Part shown: positions 47,798 to 57,249 of the stretch, piece by piece
How the letters are laid out: each line of letters opens with the position of its first letter
Numbering within the stretch: the first letter of the stretch is position 1
Source: a virus
Lineage: Duplodnaviria > Caudoviricetes
IMG/VR virus record: IMGVR_UViG_3300028844_006787
Length of the DNA stretch: 64,000 bases
Reading direction: 5' to 3' (one strand)
Made by a program: the position numbers and the translations under genes
The notes under the pieces: generated by a model
The model's input: only the letters and a program-made list of their open reading frames with translations
What the model was told of the DNA's origin: nothing
Databases searched by the model: none

Positions 47798-48637
47798 ATG
47801 GGCAAAACTAAACTACTAACTTATGGAAATTGTCAACTTTGTGTTGTTAGTAACTACTTAGAAAAATACTTTTCAAACGAATTTGATATAATATCATGTG
47901 AAGAATGTAATTTAAATTGTTTTTGGAATAAATCTAAAACCTTTTGTGTTTGGAAACCAGGATATAATATTGAAAATCAAAAAAATTATTATGATTGCGT
48001 TCACGAAAAAATTGCTGAAGCAGATGTTTTTCTTTTTCATGATCATAGTGGAAATAGAACCACTGAATATCTAAAAACAGAGTATCTTCAAAACGAAATA
48101 GCAAAAAACAATAATACTGATTGTATCGCAGTTCACAATTATCAGGAAGAAAATATTTATCCAGAACCCAAGTGGATAATAAGTTACGCAGTTTCAAAGG
48201 GTATTACCGATGCAAACGAAATCTATAATTTTCTTCGTGAAAGTAATGATCCTTATTTTGCAGAATATATGAAAGAAAGTTTCGATAAATCAAGAATTAG
48301 AAACAAAGAATGGGAAAATAAAGCAAATGATAATTACGATGAATATATTTCTATGAATGATTTTATTGTGGAAAATTTTAATAAAAAATTGCTAAGTCAC
48401 TCTATGAATCACCCAACTGAACATTATTTTGCGGAATTTATCACTAGAATTTTAAACAAATTTAATTTGAAATTTGATGAAAGCACAATTTGTGAATTTG
48501 ATCAACCAGATAAAATTGGGCATCCGTATGAGTATGAGTTTTTTAACAAAGCATTTCCTAATATCACTGACTCTTGTAAAAGAAATCGTGATCTTACGAT
48601 CAAAGAAATAAATTCTATTTTAGAAGATTTACTCTAA
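47798..48637 (+). CDS. WcbI-like polysaccharide biosynthesis protein
   Basis: N-terminal YGNCQ and later NHPT motifs. Confidence 0.75.
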   Translation: MGKTKLLTYGNCQLCVVSNYLEKYFSNEFDIISCEECNLNCFWNKSKTFCVWKPGYNIENQKNYYDCVHEKIAEADVFLFHDHSGNRTTEYLKTEYLQNEIAKNNNTDCIAVHNYQEENIYPEPKWIISYAVSKGITDANEIYNFLRESNDPYFAEYMKESFDKSRIRNKEWENKANDNYDEYISMNDFIVENFNKKLLSHSMNHPTEHYFAEFITRILNKFNLKFDESTICEFDQPDKIGHPYEYEFFNKAFPNITDSCKRNRDLTIKEINSILEDLL

Positions 48638-48925
48638 ATCACCTTCTTTGTGTGTTTCTACAACACAATCTTCAAGAGGTTTTGCAACGCAACTAAGAAA
48701 ATAACCTTCTGAAATTTGTTCATCATCAAGAAACAATTGATCTTCTTGATCTACACTTCCACTTATTAGTTTGCAGGTGCAACTTGAGCAACTTCCATTT
48801 CTGCACGAATATGGTAAGTTGTGGCCAGCATCTTCTGCTGATTCAAGGATGCTAATATCCTCATCGCATTCAAACTCAGATTCATCTCCTTCTGGAGATT
48901 TAATTGTTATTTTGTATTCTGCCAT
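48629..48925 (-). CDS. petF: Plant-type 2Fe-2S ferredoxin
   Basis: [13 protein letters not shown]...FLDDEQ...LSCVAKP. Confidence 0.95.
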   Translation of the reverse strand: MAEYKITIKSPEGDESEFECDEDISILESAEDAGHNLPYSCRNGSCSSCTCKLISGSVDQEDQLFLDDEQISEGYFLSCVAKPLEDCVVETHKEGDLE

Positions 48926-48938
48926 AATCTATAAGTAT

Positions 48939-49520
48939 TTATTGCTCAAATTTATAGTGCTTCATTTCTATAACTTCTTTTTCTGAATCAGCAATCTTTT
49001 TTATTAATTCTGGAGTTAATCCTCTACGTATTTCGTCTTTAAAATTTTTTATATATTTATCTTTTCTGGTGCCAATGGGTATATTAATATTTAATTTGTT
49101 TAGAACAAAACTAAGATCTTCTGTGATGTTTTCAATTGAACCAATAAAATCTAATAGTTTACCATCACGATATATGTAATCTTTAAACTGATTTTCCTCA
49201 AGTGTTTTTAGAATACTCTCATCACTATCAACATTTTCCAAATTTTTACCCTTTAAAATATGATTTTTTCTCATATTAACCCATGATATCATTCGTTCCC
49301 ACGGATTTCTAACAAAAGTAAACCAATAATAATCATTGGGGTCTTTGTTTATACTTTTAATGTAGTTGGATGCTTGAGTTGAATTCCAATGTCTTAGTTT
49401 TAAGGATGGGTGAGTTTTAGTTTGAACATCAGCATATTCGGTTAATGTTTTTTCTCTAAATCCTGATCCAGTTTTTGGTGGATTTAGGCAGACGAATTTA
49501 TATTTATGTGATAATATCAT
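48939..49520 (-). CDS. Sulfotransferase family 2 protein
   Basis: PPKTGSG, FVRNPWERMISW, FIGSIEN. Confidence 0.85.
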   Translation of the reverse strand: MILSHKYKFVCLNPPKTGSGFREKTLTEYADVQTKTHPSLKLRHWNSTQASNYIKSINKDPNDYYWFTFVRNPWERMISWVNMRKNHILKGKNLENVDSDESILKTLEENQFKDYIYRDGKLLDFIGSIENITEDLSFVLNKLNINIPIGTRKDKYIKNFKDEIRRGLTPELIKKIADSEKEVIEMKHYKFEQ

Positions 49521-49585
49521 TTTATGTATTTAAGTTTATATCAAGTAATTATTATTTTAAATCCTGACAACATATAAGTATTAAG

Positions 49586-50041
49586 TTACCAACTACAATT
49601 ATAGTAAACTCTATATTTTTTCTTTAATGCTTCTTTTGCGTTTTCAATAAACTGCAAATCCATTTGCTTGTAATAATAATTTTCTTGAATTTTATCTTGT
49701 GCGTATCCTTCTTCATTCCAAGTGTAAGAATCATTTCCGAAGAAAAATCCTGATGTCTCTGGCATCTCTTGGTTTTTAATTGCTTCTTCAAGATATTCAA
49801 TATCATCTTTTGTAAGTTGCAACTCAATGCCATTGAATCCACTATTATCTGAATAATCATCTTCGTCTTCTTCATCATCTTCTGCATATGGATCGTTTGG
49901 TATAGGACATCCTTTTGCTTCCCATAGTTGCTCCATATATCCTTGTAAACGATTATGCTTCCTCCACTCCTCAAGATGCTCATCCTCGTCAGAATTGCGT
50001 TTTCTAGGAGGTCTACAATATGCCCATTGATCTAGTCCCAT
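49586..50041 (-). CDS. Conserved phage hypothetical protein
   Basis: MGLDQWA...WRKHNRLQG...GFFFG...VYYNCSW pattern. Confidence 0.8.
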   Translation of the reverse strand: MGLDQWAYCRPPRKRNSDEDEHLEEWRKHNRLQGYMEQLWEAKGCPIPNDPYAEDDEEDEDDYSDNSGFNGIELQLTKDDIEYLEEAIKNQEMPETSGFFFGNDSYTWNEEGYAQDKIQENYYYKQMDLQFIENAKEALKKKYRVYYNCSW

Positions 50042-50062
50042 GATAATTTTCTTTCTATTTTG

Positions 50063-50458
50063 TTAATTGATGTGTAAAAATTCTAAATTGTTTCCTTGTG
50101 CAAATTTCTTGGCAAGAGTAATTACACTCGTTTCGTGTGTTACCTCTGAATTTGTTTTGTAACACCATTTAGTTTCAGGATAAATTTCTTTTGCAGTTTC
50201 TTCGTTGTCATCCCAAATTGTGAATTTAAATTCAAATTCATTTTCTTTTAACCAATCCGCAGGTTTAAAGTTTTTGTAATAATACTCAATTACATCACCG
50301 TGTTGATGATATTCAAAATCCAAGTACCAATCAATGTATGGTCTTGCACTACTTTTGGTTTCAATATATCGTTTGAATCTATACAACAATTCATCTAAAT
50401 CTTCGCAAGTTTCATCAGTCTTTTTATACTGAACCGATACACCTACTTTACAACTCAC
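50063..50458 (-). CDS. Hypothetical protein
   Basis: 131 aa ORF. Confidence 0.6.
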   Translation of the reverse strand: MSCKVGVSVQYKKTDETCEDLDELLYRFKRYIETKSSARPYIDWYLDFEYHQHGDVIEYYYKNFKPADWLKENEFEFKFTIWDDNEETAKEIYPETKWCYKTNSEVTHETSVITLAKKFAQGNNLEFLHIN

Positions 50459-50544
50459 CTTTTTATTCTTTCTGCTTAATGTTAAAAGAATATAATATTA
50501 AGAAGATGGGTTTATGTCAATGACTATTTCTTGGTAAACCTCTT

Positions 50545-51300
50545 TCATATTCCTAATAAATTTTTAATAATGCTAATTCTTAAATTATCTGCATCTTCTT
50601 TTTTATACTTCAAATATTTTTCTTGTAAAATTCCAATATTTTCATGCGACACGTGAACAACACCATAGTTTTCGTTTTCAATATATCCAATATTCGGACC
50701 TGCAAGTATTTTGTTTTCTACAGGATCGATATATCCACCAAATTCATCTCGGTTTCGTGTCATTAAAATATTGTAGTGATTTCTTAGTTTTACATATGAT
50801 TCATTATGATTCATAAAATTATATTGAAAAAATTCTTGGTCATGGTAATGATTTGCTTGATTTTTCAAAATTTCTAAACGTTCGTTGCTTACTTCCACAA
50901 ATGCTTTGCATAAATTTTCAAATTGTTTTGGTGTTCCACTTGCAAGAAATGGACAAGCAAAATCCATAAAATGAAGTTTGTCGTTGGGTTCTGTAATTGA
51001 AAAATTAGCATTGATCGCATCATAATCACTTACATAAAATTTTTCATCTGCTTGAGTTGCATATGCCAACCAACGAAACCAACAACTCATTCCGTATTCA
51101 GAAATTTCGTTATTGGTAATTTCTCGGAAGATTCTACGCATTTCTGTGTTCAAAGTTTCAAAATACGAATGTTTTTTCGCATTATTTAAATTTAGCACGA
51201 TTGGTTCGTAACCATGTCGTGACCAACTCTCTTTCCACAAATCTATAAGTTCGTTTTGGGAAGAATGACTTATCTCTTGGTAGTAAGTGTATATTTTCAT
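50545..51300 (-). CDS. Putative GT-A glycosyltransferase-like protein, paralog 3
   Basis: MKIYTYYQ; CWFRWLAY; SDYD (DxD); HYHDQ; late HVSH. Confidence 0.7.
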   Translation of the reverse strand: MKIYTYYQEISHSSQNELIDLWKESWSRHGYEPIVLNLNNAKKHSYFETLNTEMRRIFREITNNEISEYGMSCWFRWLAYATQADEKFYVSDYDAINANFSITEPNDKLHFMDFACPFLASGTPKQFENLCKAFVEVSNERLEILKNQANHYHDQEFFQYNFMNHNESYVKLRNHYNILMTRNRDEFGGYIDPVENKILAGPNIGYIENENYGVVHVSHENIGILQEKYLKYKKEDADNLRISIIKNLLGI

Positions 51301-52040
51301 ATTCCTAATAAATCTTTTATTAAAAATAACCTTACGTCATTTTTGCAGGAATTCTTATTATTATTCGTACTATTCAAATACATCGTGGTACTAGCATGAG
51401 AAACATGATAAATTCCATAAGTTTTTGGACTTGGATTTTTTTCATGGTTAGGTAAATAGTAGTCCCCAATCCCACCTTCATGTGATCTATCCCGTGTCAT
51501 TAAAATGTTATACTTATCTTTTAATTCTTCAACAGATTCATTATGGTCTGACATAAAATTGTAAATAAAAAATTCTTGGTCATGATAATGATTTGCTTGT
51601 TGTTTTAAAATGTCTATTCGTTCGTTACTTACTTCTACAAATGCTTTGCATAAATTTTCAAATTGAATTGGAGTTCCACTTGCTAAAAATGGACAATCAC
51701 TATCCATCAAATGAAGTTTATCCTCTGGTTCTGTAATTGAAAAATTAGCATTGATTGCATCGTAATCAGAAACATAAAATTTTTCATCTGATTGTGTTGC
51801 ATATGCCAACCAACGAAACCAACAACTCATTCCGTATTCTTCAATTTCTTTGTTTGTAATTTCTCGAAAGATTCTACGCATTTCTGAATTCAATGTTTCA
51901 AAATAAGAATGCTTTTTTGCATCATTTAAATTTAGCACGATTGGTTCGTAACCTTGACGAGACCAACTAAGTTTCCACAAATCTATAAGTTCGTTTTGGG
52001 AAGAATGACTTATGTCTTGATAATAAGTGTAAATTTTCAT
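51297..52040 (-). CDS. Putative GT-A glycosyltransferase-like protein, paralog 2
   Basis: Near-identical N-terminal ~160 aa to neighbours; ATGA overlaps. Confidence 0.7.
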   Translation of the reverse strand: MKIYTYYQDISHSSQNELIDLWKLSWSRQGYEPIVLNLNDAKKHSYFETLNSEMRRIFREITNKEIEEYGMSCWFRWLAYATQSDEKFYVSDYDAINANFSITEPEDKLHLMDSDCPFLASGTPIQFENLCKAFVEVSNERIDILKQQANHYHDQEFFIYNFMSDHNESVEELKDKYNILMTRDRSHEGGIGDYYLPNHEKNPSPKTYGIYHVSHASTTMYLNSTNNNKNSCKNDVRLFLIKDLLGI

Positions 52041-52783
52041 TTTGGTTTTTCTATTTTTAATATATCACGAATTATCATTACTCTTGCTCGTTTGCCGTAA
52101 GTTTCCTCATACTTAGCATATGATTTATTTTTTGTGAGAGTAACCCCAGTCATATGATGCGATACATGATAAACCAATGAGTTTTCATTTATATCAGAAC
52201 CACCAAATTTCGTTCTATCATGTGTCATTAAAATGTTATGCTTATCTTTTAATTCTTCGGCAGATTCATTATTTCCTGACATAAAATTGTGCATAAAAAA
52301 GTTTTGGTCATGATAATGATTTGCTTGATTTTTCAAAATTTCTAAACGTTCGTTGCTTACTTCCACAAATGCCTTACACAAATTTTCAAATTGTTTCGGT
52401 GTTCCACTTGCAAGAAACGGACAAGCAGAATCCATAAAATGAAGTTTGTCGTTGGGTTCAGTAATCGGAAAATTAACATTAATTGCATCGTAATCAGAAA
52501 CATAAAATTTTTCTTCAGTTTGAGTTGCATATGCCAACCAACGAAACCAACAACTCATTCCGTAGTCAGAAATTTCGTTATTGGTAATTTCTTTGAAGAT
52601 TCTACGCATTTCTGTGTTCAAAGTTTCAAAATACGAATGTTTTTTTGCATCTTCTAAATTAAGCACGATTGGTTCGTAACCATGTCGTGACCAACTTATT
52701 TTCCACAAATCTATAAGTTCGTTTTGAATAGCATCGTTTTGATCAGAATGATTCATATTCTGATAATAAGTGTATATTTTCAT
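52037..52783 (-). CDS. Putative GT-A glycosyltransferase-like protein, paralog 1
   Basis: Same family; TATTTATA 4 nt before ATG. Confidence 0.7.
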   Translation of the reverse strand: MKIYTYYQNMNHSDQNDAIQNELIDLWKISWSRHGYEPIVLNLEDAKKHSYFETLNTEMRRIFKEITNNEISDYGMSCWFRWLAYATQTEEKFYVSDYDAINVNFPITEPNDKLHFMDSACPFLASGTPKQFENLCKAFVEVSNERLEILKNQANHYHDQNFFMHNFMSGNNESAEELKDKHNILMTHDRTKFGGSDINENSLVYHVSHHMTGVTLTKNKSYAKYEETYGKRARVMIIRDILKIEKPK

Positions 52784-52821
52784 AATCTATAAATATGAAA
52801 TAAAGTAATTTTTATAATAAC

Positions 52822-53178
52822 TCAATCATCATCAAATGCTATTTCTTTTACATCGAGTAGTTGATCCGTTACCATCCAATTTAATACATAATTTACCATC
52901 TCTTCAGTAACTTTTTGATCATCTTTCCATTCTTTTACACCGACTTTGCTTCCTTCAAGTAAGTCCCAAATAGTTTCAGCATAATCGTGGTCAACGAAAC
53001 CTTCTATTCTATATTTTGGATCAACTCTATCGTAATAACACTCGGTTATCATATAATCATCGTTATGATGACAACTTGCTACTCCACCATCTGAAAAAAA
53101 GAAAAAAGCAAGTTCACTTCCCACTGCTCCACCATTTGGGTCAGAAGAATTGTAATACTCGATTTCAACCGATGGCAT
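52822..53178 (-). CDS. Hypothetical acidic protein
   Basis: 118 aa ORF. Confidence 0.65.
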   Translation of the reverse strand: MPSVEIEYYNSSDPNGGAVGSELAFFFFSDGGVASCHHNDDYMITECYYDRVDPKYRIEGFVDHDYAETIWDLLEGSKVGVKEWKDDQKVTEEMVNYVLNWMVTDQLLDVKEIAFDDD

Positions 53179-53319
53179 TGAATATTGTAGATTTTAATTG
53201 ATTAAAATGGTAATGCCAATCAAAGTCTTCTAGTGTAAAAGAAACTATTCCGATTATTATTGCGATTGATAAAGCAATATAAAATAAAGTAAATAATGTA
53301 TTCTTACAATCAAACATAA

Positions 53320-53562
53320 TTAGTTCTTGACTTCAACTACATCAAATGTCGTACTTCTATATCCATCTATTGATTTATGAAAAGAACCCCCATTTGGTGC
53401 ATTTGTATTATCTTCCCAAATTAAATTATTCTTGGATGCGTACTCTTTAATTTCCTGCATTGTACCCGTCATTACGACTTCAGATACATCTTTGTAGTTT
53501 CCCCATAGTGCATAAGCAATTAGTTGATACAATTTATTTTTACCTTTATTAAACAACTTCAT
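53320..53562 (-). CDS. Hypothetical protein
   Basis: 80 aa ORF. Confidence 0.6.
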   Translation of the reverse strand: MKLFNKGKNKLYQLIAYALWGNYKDVSEVVMTGTMQEIKEYASKNNLIWEDNTNAPNGGSFHKSIDGYRSTTFDVVEVKN

Positions 53563-53614
53563 TTATTTTTTCCCATTATTATTTTTTTCCTATATTATCA
53601 TATAGTTTTTCCAC

Positions 53615-53872
53615 CTAGTCAACCAAATTTTTATGCAATGGATAATTATCAAATGAATCATCATCTGGATCAAACGGAGGAAACAACACACTTATTGGTG
53701 CTTCTTCGTTTTTTCTTTCTTGTTTATTTTGCTCAAGCAATGCTTCATAACGAATTTGACCGGCAACCTCGTGCCACAAACCCATTGCCATTATTCGTGA
53801 ATCAAAAATATCATTGAATGTATTATCAATATGATAAGCAACGAATCGTTTACTTCGTTCTCCGATATTCAT
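53615..53872 (-). CDS. Hypothetical protein
   Basis: 85 aa ORF. Confidence 0.6.
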   Translation of the reverse strand: MNIGERSKRFVAYHIDNTFNDIFDSRIMAMGLWHEVAGQIRYEALLEQNKQERKNEEAPISVLFPPFDPDDDSFDNYPLHKNLVD

Positions 53873-53999
53873 ATTAAAAAGTAATATCAGATACTGAAAG
53901 AATCATAAGTATCATTGCAGAAACGGTTGCTTGTATAATAAGCAACGGAAGAAAGAATTCGATGATGTTATTTATTTCGTTTGATTTCATTTTTTTGTG

Positions 54000-54206
54000 T
54001 TAGTTAGATTTAAAATAATTTTGAACTTGCTTTTCCCAAGCATTTAATCGTTTGTTGGATAATGCGTAACCAATTTTTTTGCTATAAAGACCAATTTCTT
54101 TACCATCAATGAAAACTCTGTTGATGTAAATTTTTCCACCGTATTCTTCTTCTCCGATGAAACGATGATTGATTATTGTAATATCAAATTTTCTTGTTTC
54201 TCTCAT
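54000..54206 (-). CDS. Hypothetical protein
   Basis: 68 aa, TAATG coupling. Confidence 0.65.
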   Translation of the reverse strand: MRETRKFDITIINHRFIGEEEYGGKIYINRVFIDGKEIGLYSKKIGYALSNKRLNAWEKQVQNYFKSN

Positions 54207-54688
54207 TATGCAAGTTCTACTTCGTATTTGTTGATCAAGTTGGTTTGGTACTCAGTTAATCTGTTGGTTGCTTCTTTTTTAGTCAGTCCCCAAACTCCCA
54301 TATTACGAGTATAGTCTTCAATACGTGCAGACTTGTCGTGAGTATAAGCAAGATGTTCAAGAATCCAATCTAAACGACCTTTAAGGCATCCTGTGCGGGT
54401 CTGATACATACCGAGCAAGTTTGTAAGTCCACCATCTGAATTGAATGCTTTATCTAATCTACGCAATACAAAACGAAGCAAATTCAATTCCTTTTTGGAA
54501 ATGCTATTCCAATAATGCCACTCGGGAATATCTTTGACTACATAATTGGCAAGTGCTTTAGTGCGTTTGGTTTTTGCATACTTGGTAAAAATTTCTTCTG
54601 CAAGATAAATAGTGTCTTTACACCACTCGTGACCCATCATTGTAGGTTGTTTAAACCAATCAGCATTTCTAGTTTTTGTGAATTTCAT
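54206..54688 (-). CDS. Hypothetical early protein
   Basis: True start likely MKFTKTR (54688); the annotated extension runs through promoter and terminator. Confidence 0.7.
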   Translation of the reverse strand: MKFTKTRNADWFKQPTMMGHEWCKDTIYLAEEIFTKYAKTKRTKALANYVVKDIPEWHYWNSISKKELNLLRFVLRRLDKAFNSDGGLTNLLGMYQTRTGCLKGRLDWILEHLAYTHDKSARIEDYTRNMGVWGLTKKEATNRLTEYQTNLINKYEVELA

Positions 54689-54713
54689 TTTTCTCTCTTT
54701 TTTGTTTTTCTTC

Positions 54714-54766
54714 TTTCTCACTCTCAATACAAGTATACTACCAAATTTATTATAAAAAGTCAAGCC
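54714..54766 (-). repeat. Repeated early promoter/leader cassette, copy 1
   Basis: GGCTTGACTTTTTATAATAAATTTGGTAGTAT...TATTGAGAGTGAGAAA, nearly identical to 55858-55910. Confidence 0.85.
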
Positions 54767-54772
54767 TATATC

Positions 54773-54807
54773 AAAAAAAAAGGTGAACATTAAATTTAAT
54801 GTTCACC
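54773..54807 (-). terminator. Intrinsic terminator (perfect 26-bp palindrome)
   Basis: GGTGAACATTAAATTTAATGTTCACC followed by T-run on minus strand. Confidence 0.85.
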
Positions 54808-54914
54808 CAAGGTCGTTGCCCGCTACGCAGTTAACGTCCTATAAATTTAAATATGATGTTACTTCTTATATTTTAAAAAAAGAAGTATTTTCTCACGTTC
54901 TGTAAGGTTATCAC

Positions 54915-55130
54915 TCACAATGCAATCGGTTTGATTGTAGCAGGAACAGGATTTCTTAATCCAATCATAAACTCGTATTCATTTTGTAATTGATTAAGCA
55001 AGTTCTTAATAGAACTCAATCTATGTGTTTTTTCGTTTGTAGATAATACATTTGTAGTTTGAAGGTATGGAATCGTAATGTTTGTAATAAACTTGATTCT
55101 TTTATATAGATTAATAATAGTAGTATTCAT
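54915..55130 (-). CDS. Hypothetical protein
   Basis: 71 aa ORF. Confidence 0.55.
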   Translation of the reverse strand: MNTTIINLYKRIKFITNITIPYLQTTNVLSTNEKTHRLSSIKNLLNQLQNEYEFMIGLRNPVPATIKPIAL

Positions 55131-55147
55131 TTTAGTATTGTTTTAGA

Positions 55148-55591
55148 TTAAGCAACTTTTGCAAGTTCGTTATTGTAGATGTATGGTTTTTCATAGTTAC
55201 CCACTTCAATATCAAGATAATGAGAACAATGAAAATAATCGGTCATAATATCAGTATCATTAAAATACTTTTCACCTTTCATTTCCGCAATAAGTTCCTC
55301 AAGAAAAGCAAGAACTTCACCTGAATAACACTTATCAACACAATACGGATTAACTGAAATAGAAGTAGGTTTTTCGGTTCGACGATTCCAAGGTTCAATT
55401 TGTCCTCGTTCTACTGATTGTGTATAAACATCCCAAAAATTTCCAAGAATATCTAAATCACCACTACGCAATCTAACAACGATAGTGCTATGATTTTGAA
55501 CTCCGATGGTTGCTTTAACGTTATACTTTTTAAGAACCTTCTTGATTCCTACTGATAATTCTTTTTTGTCTTCTTGACTTACGTATGCCAT
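55148..55591 (-). CDS. Conserved phage early protein
   Basis: True start likely MAYVSQEDKK; KVLKKY...NHSTI...DIMTDYFH..Y pattern. Confidence 0.75.
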   Translation of the reverse strand: MAYVSQEDKKELSVGIKKVLKKYNVKATIGVQNHSTIVVRLRSGDLDILGNFWDVYTQSVERGQIEPWNRRTEKPTSISVNPYCVDKCYSGEVLAFLEELIAEMKGEKYFNDTDIMTDYFHCSHYLDIEVGNYEKPYIYNNELAKVA

Positions 55592-55613
55592 TTTAATTTC
55601 TCTTCTTTGTTGA

Positions 55614-55823
55614 TTATGAATTGAATGTGATAACAGGAAGCAACTCACCAGAGTTGATGTCTTCTTCTGCATGAAGTCCACTATTTCCATCGGAATTATA
55701 CCGAACCCAATAGTAAGGTTGAACACCACCAGTCACCCAAGACTCGGTATCAACCCTAGTAATGATGGCATCCTCACCATCGACATGAACATTATCACCA
55801 ATATTGTATTGTGCAATCAACAT
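55614..55823 (-). CDS. Small SH3-like protein, weakly YccV/HspQ-like
   Basis: Start MLIAQYNIGDNV; QPYYWV...AEEDI; GGAG RBS upstream. Confidence 0.55.
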   Translation of the reverse strand: MLIAQYNIGDNVHVDGEDAIITRVDTESWVTGGVQPYYWVRYNSDGNSGLHAEEDINSGELLPVITFNS

Positions 55824-55857
55824 ATTTCTCTCCTTTTTTAAATTTTTAACTTTCTCT

Positions 55858-55910
55858 TTTCTCACTCTCAATATAATAACATTACCAAAATTATTATAAA
55901 AAGTCAAGCC
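55858..55910 (-). repeat. Repeated early promoter/leader cassette, copy 2
   Basis: Matches 54714-54766; partial third copy at ~56248-56266. Confidence 0.85.
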
Positions 55911-55924
55911 CTAAGGCAGAAAAA

Positions 55925-56230
55925 CTAAAGTTTTTTATTAAAAAGAATGCTTGGAACATTGATAATATAAGGATTTTTTTGCTTTTGAGCAGATTTACCA
56001 CTAAATACTCGTTCGTTTTCTTTTGCAGAGTTACGATAAGCACGAATTTGAGCATCAAGAGCAGATGCGTGTTTGCTTGCACGATACATCTTAACGACAT
56101 CAGTTTGCTTCATTTTACGCAATTGAGGTACTCCACCACCTGAGTTGTATCGTTCAAGAATACTTGAACCAAAAGCAACGGAAGATGCAAATAAAAAGAA
56201 TGCGATTGATATGGTTTTTATTATTTTCAT
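55925..56230 (-). CDS. Secreted hypothetical protein
   Basis: Signal peptide MKIIKTISIAFFLFASSVAFG. Confidence 0.7.
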   Translation of the reverse strand: MKIIKTISIAFFLFASSVAFGSSILERYNSGGGVPQLRKMKQTDVVKMYRASKHASALDAQIRAYRNSAKENERVFSGKSAQKQKNPYIINVPSILFNKKL

Positions 56231-56268
56231 GTTACCAACATAATCTAATTATTATAAAAAGTCAAGTC

Positions 56269-56706
56269 CTAAGTTTCACCTTGTTCGTAGAAATCAACCT
56301 TAAATTTAAATCGTTTCCACCGAAAGTTATCTGCATCAATATGTTCTGACAATAAATGCACGGCAGATAATCTATGAGAACCATCACAAAATCCACCATT
56401 TACTATAATCATCGGTTCAAGGGCAAGAAGGGTGCTAGGATTGTCTTTAAGTTTATATGCTAACTTAGTGACATTTTGAGTTACCAAGTCGTTTTTGATG
56501 CCTTTACGAACATTACTTAATACCCTATGATAATATGGTACAATTTTATAGTAGATTCCTGTGGCATTTTCATTATGCTCATTGTGTATCTGACCATCGT
56601 ATTCTGATACCAAATCAAATATACATTGTTTATTTAGAAATTTACGATACAGAAATCTTGTATTTTCTAAATTTGGAGTTCCACCTGTTGAACTCCGATT
56701 GTCCAT
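56269..56706 (-). CDS. ParB/Srx-like nuclease fold protein
   Basis: EPMIIV...DGSHRLSA. Confidence 0.55.
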   Translation of the reverse strand: MDNRSSTGGTPNLENTRFLYRKFLNKQCIFDLVSEYDGQIHNEHNENATGIYYKIVPYYHRVLSNVRKGIKNDLVTQNVTKLAYKLKDNPSTLLALEPMIIVNGGFCDGSHRLSAVHLLSEHIDADNFRWKRFKFKVDFYEQGET

Positions 56707-56984
56707 TAATACTTCTTGCTAGTAAACTTGTCGTAGTTGGTATAAGGAGGTACATCTCCATTTTGGTCAATCTTTTCGTCTTCGTAAGGAGCAACCATTC
56801 TGCGATATATTTCTAACTTTGCATTTTCTAATGCTCCAGTTATGTCGTTAAATGTTTGATAACATTTTCCGTTTTGCTCTATGTAATCGTTAATTAACTG
56901 ATTAACTGCGTAATTCAAAATTCCACAATGCTCAAGTTTATTGGCATCGTACTTTGTTTGATCGTTTTTATCTATGTAAGGCAT
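56706..56984 (-). CDS. Conserved phage protein (DUF6899-like)
   Basis: MPYI...GILNY...GALENAKLEIYRRMVAPYEDEKIDQNGDV. Confidence 0.8.
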   Translation of the reverse strand: MPYIDKNDQTKYDANKLEHCGILNYAVNQLINDYIEQNGKCYQTFNDITGALENAKLEIYRRMVAPYEDEKIDQNGDVPPYTNYDKFTSKKY

Positions 56985-57115
56985 AATAACATTATATTAT
57001 CATTCCACCGAAAAATAGTCAATATTTTTTGTGAACTATTTTTGATTTGTTTTCGTTATACTTATATAATCCACAATGCTTTCAAAGAACATCCTTATGT
57101 TACTTGACTGGTGAT

Positions 57116-57145
57116 AAGGCAAGAGAATTTCTCTTGCCTTTTTTT
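57116..57145 (+). terminator. Intrinsic terminator on plus strand
   Basis: AAGGCAAGAG-AATTT-CTCTTGCCTT-TTTTT. Confidence 0.85.
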
Positions 57146-57249
57146 ATGAAATTGATTAATTATAGTTGTGAATACATTTTCAATAATACTTACTTGTTCA
57201 ATTAGTGTGGTTGTGGTATCTATTTGGATGTATTTTTGTTTGTTTTTTG

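Noticed and set aside
50545-52783. Diversity-generating retroelement (TR/VR)
   Set aside because: No reverse transcriptase in the window; whole genes are duplicated and differences are not confined to adenines.
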